Made by a program: the position numbers and the translations under genes
The notes under the pieces: generated by a model
Databases searched by the model: none
Told to the model about the DNA's origin: nothing
Seen by the model: only the letters and a program-made list of their open reading frames with translations
Shown: positions 28,243 through 36,317 of the stretch, one piece after another
Numbering within the stretch: position 1 is the first letter of the stretch
Layout: the number at the start of each line of letters is the position of its first letter
NCBI GenBank assembly: GCA_964654825.1
Contig: CAZZKG010000008.1
Location: 2,567 to 66,566 of the forward strand
DNA: 64,000 nucleotides
From: an uncultured Gemmatimonadota bacterium
Lineage (GTDB): Bacteria > Gemmatimonadota > CAZMKB01
Direction: 5' to 3'

Positions 28243-31200
28243 CTAGCGTATCTTGACAACTTTGCGCATCGACTCGAATCCGGCACCTTCCATCCGTATC
28301 AGATAGACACCCGACCTGACCTCGCGACCGTCTGCAGCCCGGCCATCCCACTCGAGGGAGTGCCTGCCAGCCTCAGCTTCACTGTGATGGACCCTGCGAA
28401 CCAGCCGACCTCTCAGGTCGAAGATCTCGATGGAAACTTCCGCCTGCTTCGGTACGTCGAAGTCGAAGGTCGTGGAAGCGCTGAAGGGATTGGGGTGAGC
28501 CTGGCCCAGCGCGAAATTCCTCGGAATCTGCGACCCGTTTACCGGAATCGCCACTCCCGTGTTCCGGGGTGAGATGATCAGCTTGTTGCCGGACTTGCTC
28601 ACTTCGAAATTTTCGATGAGGAGCAGGTTGTATTCATCAGGCACGACTGTCCCGGTCTGGATGACGGTGCCTCCCATATCCTCGTTATTCCAGATGTAGG
28701 ACCTGCCGGGAAGGACCTGGAATGCCTGCAGTCTCCTCGGCGTTATGTCGATCGTCCCCGACTGGGGATAATCCGGATCATCCACTATACGAAGAACCAT
28801 TTCGTAACGATTCGGGAGATCGATGATATCTCCGGCAAAATCATTCCAGGGACAGGACCACTCGATCGAACGATTGTGATCGTACTGGGTGTTCAGTGAG
28901 TTATCGGTGACACCCGGGAAGCTCCTGTCTTTCCTGAACACATATGACTCGAAGGGCAGGATGCTGCCGCACCCCACGAAACCATACCAGTAGTGATCCC
29001 CTCCGGCGACAACGTACCCGGTGAACCCCCGCCTCGCCTGCTGATCCATGATATCATACCAGGGAGCGCCCTGACTCTGCCACTCGATGATGAGGTCGGC
29101 ATCTCCATGTGCGGTGGCGATGAACGGCATTTCGTCACCGATTCGGGACAGCATGTTTTCCTGGTGATCCATCCAGTCCCAGACACCGGTTCCGTTGTAG
29201 GGAGAGAGATGCTCCGCCCGGGGACCGAGGTTCACGATCGGGAAGTCCTCCGCTATTGGCCCCAGCTTGGGGACAAGGTCTCCCTCCCAATCGAGCCCCC
29301 CGAAATCACCTGCCGTCTCGTAATCAGTCATCGCCCCCGCGCCGTAAACCGCCGCGAAGACATCGGGATACCTGAGCCCCAGGTTGAGCGCGCCGCTTCC
29401 TCCCATCGACCCCCCGAACGCGTAAATCCTGTCCTCATCCACGTTGAAGGTGTTATCACGAATGATGTCATCCACGCAACGGAGGATTCGCCACTCGGTG
29501 AAATTTCCTACAGGCCCAACGGATGGGATGTCTCCCTCGCCGTAATCGAACACCGCAGCGTTCCCGTAATACCAGGTCTGGTGCGGATCGTCGACATTGA
29601 CGTAGATGGTCTGATAATCGTACGGGGAGCCGTCCATGACAGCATACCGTGTTCCCCATCCATCCATGTGTATCGTAAGTGCGAAAGGAGTGGAACCATC
29701 GTAGTTCGACGGTACTCCGACACTGTAGTTGTACGCGTAACCATCGAAGGTTGGATTCCAGGCGGCGTAGTCCATGAACTGCGTGTAGACCCATCCCCGT
29801 CCCGTGTCCGCGACCCAGACGAGGACCGGCTCAGGCGGATCGTCGGTCTCACCGACCGGCTCGACCAGGCTGTTCTCGGAACTCATAGATGTGTTCTCTA
29901 CACCGTTCATGACAGCGGTGACGGCGTAATAGTAACTGCCGGTCTCATTGGGTGTCCAGACGAGCAGCCCTGTGCCGTCGGACAACTCGGCCCCGAGATC
30001 CTCGATGATGAAATTCTGCTGGATCGCCTCGGGTCCTTTGAGAGACTCGTTCTCGTAGAAACCAGACCCTTCGGCTATCCCGGCGATGAGTTCCGCCTCA
30101 TCGAGATTACCGCCGGTGATAGGTTCCGTGTACCGGTACACGTGGTATGTTTCATTTTCGTCAGCCGTCTCTGTCCAGGTGATGAATGTCTGGCCGCTCC
30201 TGTGAAATGCGTCAAGTCCGGTTACCTGATCTGTCTCGGGCAGCTGGTACAGAAGGACCATGCTCTCGTATGCCCCGACGGAAACCTGATCAACAGCTTC
30301 GTAGCCGAGGCTTCCGTTATAGTCACCCGACTCATCCACAGACCCGCCTCCGGTCGGGACAACGAGATAATGGGTGCTGTCGAGCGTAATGGGAGTGATC
30401 GTACCCGTCGGGTTTACGATTACGATCCCCTTTTCGTAATCACGGCGATACACTCCGGCACTGCCGTCATAAAGATCGTCCACATCGAGGGGCGGCTCGT
30501 CCAGGTAGGGCCCCAGGTCGATACCGTACTCGGGATAATACTGCATGTTGAGTCCGGGACCCCCCGAGAGGATATTGACATACGTGTAATGTCCCTTTAT
30601 CAACAGGTAGCAGCCGAGATAGAACCCTCTGTCGTCATAGTCGAGCGCATCCCACATGTACGACTGGAGGATCATGATCTTGTCCAGGGCAATCAGGTTG
30701 AGGATTCGATTCATCTGAAGCTTCCAATCGGAGAGTGAGAAGGGGCTGTCGCCTCCCCACTGGCCGAATCCTTCTATCATCCCTCCATCCCCGAATGAAT
30801 AGTCGGCCGGATCCCAGGAGGTTACCTGGAAACCGAGATTCGGGATCACATAGAAGTTCTCCGGCTCGCTGTGGAGCTGCTCAGTGATGAAAGCTCCGAA
30901 GATGTCGAGGTGGGGAACCCAGTATATGGCGGGATTCGTACCCTCGAACCACCAGAAGGGAGGATCCAGGAAATCGGCGTTCACTACCGCGACGTCATAA
31001 CTGTCGGCGAACACACCGTCCGCTTCATTGTTCCGCATCCGTTCGATGCAGGTCTGAGCCCAGTACTCCTTCCAGCCATTGTCCCCCGCCCCGCCGATCT
31101 GTCCCGAGGGATCCATCAGGTACCATCCCCATCCCGTGTTACGTATGCGGGTTCCCTCATCGTCGGTGACGAACCAGTCATCCTGTTGAGAGACATACCC

Positions 31201-31524
31201 CCAATCAGTGACCCACTGGTTTCCATCGATAAAAAGAATACTGCTGTCTCCTTCACCGACCGCCAGCTGATAATGAAGATGGAGAAAGTCGGGATTGTAA
31301 GCCCGGATCTCACGGATGTCATCAGGGATCATCTTCTGCGTGCCGACGTACTTGGTAGCGGCGAACTCGTTCTGAAGATCGGTATTGCCGGGTGGGATCT
31401 GATCGGCGAACACGAAGATACCGTCCCGGGTGTCAGGGAATGAACGGCCCTGCGCCCGGACATTACCTGTTATCATGGTGAGACTCAGAACAAAAAACAT
31501 CTCAATTGCGTACCTCTGCTTCAT
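28243..31524 (-). CDS. Multidomain exported enzyme: putative glycoside-hydrolase TIM barrel + alpha/beta-hydrolase + FlgD-Ig tail
   Basis: Likely start ATG 31524 (MKQRYAIEMFF signal peptide). ADGVFADSY barrel motif (GHL15-like), GGSMGG nucleophile elbow with HGDAD and GGDH, tail QAHPNPF...WDGRAADGREVRSGVY. Confidence 0.8.
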   Translation of the reverse strand: MKQRYAIEMFFVLSLTMITGNVRAQGRSFPDTRDGIFVFADQIPPGNTDLQNEFAATKYVGTQKMIPDDIREIRAYNPDFLHLHYQLAVGEGDSSILFIDGNQWVTDWGYVSQQDDWFVTDDEGTRIRNTGWGWYLMDPSGQIGGAGDNGWKEYWAQTCIERMRNNEADGVFADSYDVAVVNADFLDPPFWWFEGTNPAIYWVPHLDIFGAFITEQLHSEPENFYVIPNLGFQVTSWDPADYSFGDGGMIEGFGQWGGDSPFSLSDWKLQMNRILNLIALDKIMILQSYMWDALDYDDRGFYLGCYLLIKGHYTYVNILSGGPGLNMQYYPEYGIDLGPYLDEPPLDVDDLYDGSAGVYRRDYEKGIVIVNPTGTITPITLDSTHYLVVPTGGGSVDESGDYNGSLGYEAVDQVSVGAYESMVLLYQLPETDQVTGLDAFHRSGQTFITWTETADENETYHVYRYTEPITGGNLDEAELIAGIAEGSGFYENESLKGPEAIQQNFIIEDLGAELSDGTGLLVWTPNETGSYYYAVTAVMNGVENTSMSSENSLVEPVGETDDPPEPVLVWVADTGRGWVYTQFMDYAAWNPTFDGYAYNYSVGVPSNYDGSTPFALTIHMDGWGTRYAVMDGSPYDYQTIYVNVDDPHQTWYYGNAAVFDYGEGDIPSVGPVGNFTEWRILRCVDDIIRDNTFNVDEDRIYAFGGSMGGSGALNLGLRYPDVFAAVYGAGAMTDYETAGDFGGLDWEGDLVPKLGPIAEDFPIVNLGPRAEHLSPYNGTGVWDWMDHQENMLSRIGDEMPFIATAHGDADLIIEWQSQGAPWYDIMDQQARRGFTGYVVAGGDHYWYGFVGCGSILPFESYVFRKDRSFPGVTDNSLNTQYDHNRSIEWSCPWNDFAGDIIDLPNRYEMVLRIVDDPDYPQSGTIDITPRRLQAFQVLPGRSYIWNNEDMGGTVIQTGTVVPDEYNLLLIENFEVSKSGNKLIISPRNTGVAIPVNGSQIPRNFALGQAHPNPFSASTTFDFDVPKQAEVSIEIFDLRGRLVRRVHHSEAEAGRHSLEWDGRAADGREVRSGVYLIRMEGAGFESMRKVVKIR

Positions 31525-31576
31525 ACCCTGTTCCTTTCTGTTATCCTGCCCCGGTGATTTGTCCCTCGACCGAGAA

Positions 31577-31592
31577 GGCAAATGCTGTGCCT
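31577..31592 (-). promoter_or_regulatory. Sigma-54 (-24/-12) promoter candidate
   Basis: Minus strand reads AGGCAC-AGCAT-TTGCC, about 53 nt upstream of ATG 31524. Confidence 0.55.
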
Positions 31593-31842
31593 CTTAGACA
31601 CTCCTCGGTACCCATTTATTCCCACCGGTTTCTATTTTCGGAATCTGCACCTGATGCGCACGATATCCGGCAGGTATTGTCTGCCGGCTACCATCTGTTG
31701 TTGCCCGCGTGCCGCTTTGGACCGTCAGCAGAGGCGAATTTTCCTGATCCGATACCTTTCGGGCAACTATCCGGGCTCACTCTTCCCTGGAGTAGGGACG
31801 TGGAAATACAGAAAAAATTTCAGAGGGGAGGAATGGACGAAT

Positions 31843-34017
31843 TCAGCGACTGGAGATGGGTTCTGTGAATCGGACGTTGTGGTTGAATTGGACGGGTGTT
31901 TCCTGATAATAAATTTCCCAGTTCCCACTGCTGTTGTCCTGCCACACGAAGACACCGAGATCTTCCCATAACACAAAAGATGGTTGTATCGAACTACCCG
32001 CGGTATAGGTCAACCTCGAGGGAGGGTACCAGTGGATCCCTTCATCAACACTTACGGCTGATAACAACTCGGCTTTCCCGTAGCGATGGTCTTCCCACAC
32101 GACATACAGCGAATCACTCCTCTGTTCGACACGGGGATCGAGGGCGGAAACAGGGCTGTTGGAAAGATTGATGATGTCGGACAACCCTGAACCGTCATGG
32201 TTGGAATTTCTGTAATAGACCTGCCACTCGTCCCCATCTCCACTGTACTCGGACCACACGAAATGCAGCTTCGAGCTTGTCTTGGCAATCTCGGGCCCAA
32301 ACGAGGGAGCTTCCCCCCTGTCGATGAAACGAAAACCTGTGAATTCCCCCCGTTCGGTATCGAGAGTCACAAGGGGAATCCGGTTGTAATGCAGAAAGTT
32401 ACATTCAAAGGCGGAAAAAAGATCGGTTCCCACCTCCGTGAACGACGGTCTGTCCAGATAGAATTCCGTATATCCGCCGTGGGGATGATAATCCATCAGG
32501 GTAGAGAAGCTGGCTCCGCCATCAGAGCTTCTTTTTATCGTGACCCATCGTGATCCCGTGATCCACCCAAGGGTGATCTCACTCCCGCCGGTCAATGTCC
32601 CCCTCAGAGACGGGATTATTTCGCCGCTGTCCTCCGCAAAATCCTCCAGGACGGTCGTCGCAGACCATATTTCTCCGTCTTCACTGGTGGTCACAACTGG
32701 AGCCCATTGATATATCGGCTTCCCGATCTGATCGTGGCGTTCGAAGAGACCGCGGGCGACCACCTTCAATCCGCCGCTGCCCGAGGACAGGACAGACCCT
32801 TCGAGGAATATGCTCGAGGTGTCGATATCGGTAAACAGGGGCACAGCGTCATCCCACAATCCCGACATCATGTCTTTACGCGCGTACATCACCCTCTTCT
32901 TCTCCGAGAGTGACAGAGAATCCGATTCGGTCCAGATGAGGTGAATGTGAGATGGAGTTTCTGCTACCGAGGGAGAAATCGACATCGATGAGGAATAGGT
33001 GACCCGGGTATGAATCCCGCTCTCTTCGGCGTTGAACAGACACCTGTGAAACATATTCCCGGGAGAAGAAGGCGGGATGATCATCTCACTCATCACCATC
33101 CCCTCTGCGAACGGTGTTTCGAATCCGAGCAATTCTCCGATCGTCGGGGTGATGTCGGTAATATCTTTTCTGTGAGTCACCACGGTGTCCTGTTTGATGT
33201 CCGGGCCTATGGCGAGAAAGAACAGATGCTGGCTGCCGTGATCGGTACCGCCGTGATGGGGGAACCCCCCGTGCATGTCATCATGCCTGCCGTGATCCGT
33301 GGTTACGAACAAAGTTGTCGTCCCCTGGTAATATGGATCACTCTCGATCCGTTCCCAGATGTTCCAGACCAGTGAGTCGGCGGTGGTGATCGCCTGAATG
33401 TATCTTTCCCAGTCACCGGTGTGGGCCTGGGAGTCGACATCTCTTAGATTGAGCAGAACGAGTGAAGGTTGAAAATTATCCAGAACGCCATTAAACGTTT
33501 CGATGGTCAACGAATCATTACCGATGTTGTGGAGTTTGACAGCAGCGTAGTCCTCACCGTAGCCGGGATACAAACTGTAGTCAATGGAGCTCAGCCATCC
33601 CTTCCCCGCAATGACCCAGACTTTGTTGCGAGGGATATTGTCGCTTTTCCTGAAATATTCGAATATGGTCGGGAATCGGGGTCTGAACGGTTCACACTGC
33701 AGCGTATCCGCGTTTGGAAAGTTATTCCTCGTCCCGGACACATGTGCGGTATGACCGCTTGTGGTGTATGTGAGAGTGGTGGAATATAAATTAGTGTAGA
33801 TCGTTCCACTGGGTCTCAGGTCGTTCCATATTCTGGGAATGTATTGATGGACCGAATCTTCGAAAGCTTCGTCATTCCGTAAACCGTCTATGATCACGAG
33901 AAATAGATGTTTGGTCTGGTAATCGGAAGCGTGGGCGGGAGACAGTATCGTGAACAGCAGAACAGGCAGAAAGAGGAGTAAAGTTGTTCGCGAGGAGACA
34001 GGACCCATAATATTCAT
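31843..34017 (-). CDS. Alkaline-phosphatase-superfamily metalloenzyme fused to an Asp-box beta-propeller, exported
   Basis: IIDGLRND, TTSGH, DVDSQAH, TTDHGRH. C-terminal repeats HLIWTE/HFVWSE/YVVWED/FVWQD with SSDGG and SVDEG Asp-boxes. Confidence 0.8.
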   Translation of the reverse strand: MNIMGPVSSRTTLLLFLPVLLFTILSPAHASDYQTKHLFLVIIDGLRNDEAFEDSVHQYIPRIWNDLRPSGTIYTNLYSTTLTYTTSGHTAHVSGTRNNFPNADTLQCEPFRPRFPTIFEYFRKSDNIPRNKVWVIAGKGWLSSIDYSLYPGYGEDYAAVKLHNIGNDSLTIETFNGVLDNFQPSLVLLNLRDVDSQAHTGDWERYIQAITTADSLVWNIWERIESDPYYQGTTTLFVTTDHGRHDDMHGGFPHHGGTDHGSQHLFFLAIGPDIKQDTVVTHRKDITDITPTIGELLGFETPFAEGMVMSEMIIPPSSPGNMFHRCLFNAEESGIHTRVTYSSSMSISPSVAETPSHIHLIWTESDSLSLSEKKRVMYARKDMMSGLWDDAVPLFTDIDTSSIFLEGSVLSSGSGGLKVVARGLFERHDQIGKPIYQWAPVVTTSEDGEIWSATTVLEDFAEDSGEIIPSLRGTLTGGSEITLGWITGSRWVTIKRSSDGGASFSTLMDYHPHGGYTEFYLDRPSFTEVGTDLFSAFECNFLHYNRIPLVTLDTERGEFTGFRFIDRGEAPSFGPEIAKTSSKLHFVWSEYSGDGDEWQVYYRNSNHDGSGLSDIINLSNSPVSALDPRVEQRSDSLYVVWEDHRYGKAELLSAVSVDEGIHWYPPSRLTYTAGSSIQPSFVLWEDLGVFVWQDNSSGNWEIYYQETPVQFNHNVRFTEPISSR

Positions 34018-34080
34018 CCTCGAGTGTAATCACTAATACACCGGTGATCGTACATGAGCCGTGATTTCTGTGTGTAGATT

Positions 34081-34109
34081 ATTGTATCACGAACGATAAA
34101 TTCTGTCAA
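34081..34109 (-). promoter_or_regulatory. Sigma-70-type promoter with extended -10
   Basis: Minus strand TTGACA (34109-34104), N17, TACAAT (34086-34081), with TGn. Confidence 0.7.
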
Positions 34110-34111
34110 GC

Positions 34112-34140
34112 GATTTTTCTTGAAGTGATTTTTCTTGAAG
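34112..34140. repeat. Tandem 14-bp direct repeat
   Basis: GATTTTTCTTGAAG at 34112-34125 and 34127-34140. Confidence 0.85.
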
Positions 34141-34172
34141 ATCTGCCGCTGGGAAGGATGAGCCGTCAGGGG

Positions 34173-36086
34173 TCAGCGCCGCGGGTAACCCAGCTCAACC
34201 GCTCGCCGGTAGGCCTGATCTGCGTTAAGCGTATCCCCCATCTGGGTGTAGATTTTCGCGAGGGTGATGTAGTACTGAAGAGCAGAAGGATCGATCTCGA
34301 TGGCCTTCCGGTAACACGCGATGGCTGCGGGGTAATTTTTATTCGTCCGGTGAATGTTACCCATATTGTGATATGCATCCAGAAGCTCAGGGTCCGAATC
34401 GATCGCTTTCTGAAACTCGATGCCTGCTTTGTCGATGTCATTGCGGTTGATGTAAATAAGCCCCAGTCGATTGTGTACCATTCCCATCATTGTTCTGATC
34501 TGTGGATCACTGTCGTATGCTGAAGCCAGATCGATCACCGTCCTGAATTTTTCAAACGCTTCTTCCTGCCTGCCGGCATCCAGAGCCTTATTACCCTCAT
34601 CTATCAGGATGTGGAACCGTATCATTTCCTTTGGATCTCTCAAAGAGGCCTCTTCTTCGGAAACTGATCCCCCGCTGACATAACCGAGTGCGTTCAGCCG
34701 TTCCCTCTCCTCTGCCGAGACGTTTCTACCCTCCGCAAAATTCAGATTCCCGGTGTAGTTCGCTGCCGTTAAGTCATTCAGCTTCTCTTCCAGTCCCGCC
34801 GCCACTTCTTTTTTCGTTTCGATGAGATTGTTCACTTCTGAGGGATCCACGGATAAATCATACAGCTCGGGTTCGGTGGATCTGATATACTTCCAGCGAG
34901 AATCCCTGATACACTCTATGGGACTCCACCCGTAGGTGAAGTAGGAGAACATGCTTTCAGAATAGACGTATCGGTGTTCTTCACGGTTCTCCTGTATCAC
35001 ATCCATCAGACTGACACCGCTGAAATCCGTCGGAGATACTATCCCGAGAATATCGAGAACAGTGGGAATCACATCAGCGAGAGTGACCGGTGCCTCCACC
35101 CGTTTACCCCCGGGAAGCACCGGGGGATAGCGCAGAATAAACGGAATTCTGATGGTGGATTCATATGTGAACACACCGTGGGTCTTCTCTCCATGCTCAC
35201 CCAGGCTTTCACCATGATCCCCCGCGACGAGTATGAGTGTCCGGTCGTAGAGATTGCGCTTCTCCAATTCATCGAGAATTGATCGTATGTTCTCATCCAC
35301 AAAAGCTATCTCCCCGTCATATGGATTGTTCTGATACTGCACACTGTAAGGAGAAGGAGGAGTGTAAGGATAATGAGCGTCATAGTAGTGAACCCAGAGA
35401 AAGAACTTTTTATCTCTATTCTTTCGCAGCCAGGAGACGGCTCTGGCTGTGACGGCAGAAGCCGGTCTCGGGCTCAACCTCTTCAGGGTCGGGCTGTTTC
35501 CCCCGCGGGAGGGAGAACCGCTGGTCACGGGAGAACTTACCATCTCATCATCGTAGTACCCAAATCCCTGATCCAGCCCTAAATCAGAATCGAGGATGAA
35601 ACTCCCGACCACGGCCCCGGTCTCGTAACCATGACTCCTCATGATCTCGGCCAGTGTGACGGCTTTGTGTGAAAGTCTGTTCGTAGAGTTGTCCCGAACC
35701 CCGTGAACATTAGGATATAATCCGGTCAACAGCGTGGTGTGCGATGGAAGGGTAAGAGGTGCCGAAGCAATCGCATTTTCGAAGAGGACCCCGTTTTCTG
35801 CGACGAAATCGATGTTGGGTGTCTGTATCCCGCGATACCCGTAACAGCTCAGCCTGTCCGCCCTGACGGTATCCAGTGTGATAAAGAGGACATTACCTTC
35901 GGTACTCCTCCATCCGGTGGTGAGGTAGATAACAACTGCGGCAGCGACGGCAACGAGGATGAGGATCGGTATCCAAACCACCCGCAGGTTACTCTTCCTG
36001 TCGGAGGACTTGTCCGAAGAGGCCCTTTCCTTTGATTTGGTTTTTCTCTTTCTCGGTTTTCTCTTATGTTTGGACAAAACAGACAC
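34173..36086 (-). CDS. Sulfatase-like hydrolase/transferase with N-terminal membrane anchor and C-terminal TPRs
   Basis: FITLDTVRADRL, APLTLPSHTTLLTG, WVHYYDAH, GDHGESLGEHGE, TPR repeats. Confidence 0.88.
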   Translation of the reverse strand: MSVLSKHKRKPRKRKTKSKERASSDKSSDRKSNLRVVWIPILILVAVAAAVVIYLTTGWRSTEGNVLFITLDTVRADRLSCYGYRGIQTPNIDFVAENGVLFENAIASAPLTLPSHTTLLTGLYPNVHGVRDNSTNRLSHKAVTLAEIMRSHGYETGAVVGSFILDSDLGLDQGFGYYDDEMVSSPVTSGSPSRGGNSPTLKRLSPRPASAVTARAVSWLRKNRDKKFFLWVHYYDAHYPYTPPSPYSVQYQNNPYDGEIAFVDENIRSILDELEKRNLYDRTLILVAGDHGESLGEHGEKTHGVFTYESTIRIPFILRYPPVLPGGKRVEAPVTLADVIPTVLDILGIVSPTDFSGVSLMDVIQENREEHRYVYSESMFSYFTYGWSPIECIRDSRWKYIRSTEPELYDLSVDPSEVNNLIETKKEVAAGLEEKLNDLTAANYTGNLNFAEGRNVSAEERERLNALGYVSGGSVSEEEASLRDPKEMIRFHILIDEGNKALDAGRQEEAFEKFRTVIDLASAYDSDPQIRTMMGMVHNRLGLIYINRNDIDKAGIEFQKAIDSDPELLDAYHNMGNIHRTNKNYPAAIACYRKAIEIDPSALQYYITLAKIYTQMGDTLNADQAYRRAVELGYPRR

Positions 36087-36317
36087 ACCGGGCTGAAATC
36101 AAGTATCCAACCAGACATTCGAGAACGCGGTACGTTTCAGATTTTTCGGGACTGTTTGCTCTCACCGGCAATAAGTTAAGTGATAACCCCGACATGATCA
36201 AGCAGGCAGCTGCTGTTGAGCGACCGACAGAACCCCCCTCCTCATCACGCGCATGTGGACTTTTCCGGAAAATCTCTTAAATAATAGAGGAGCACCGAAG
36301 CAGGAGGGGTGACAATC

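Noticed and set aside
36090-36317. SAM or cobalamin riboswitch upstream of metE
   Set aside because: I could not find SAM-I (AUC-AGAG/GCAACC) or B12-box core motifs by eye. An Infernal/Rfam scan would be decisive.
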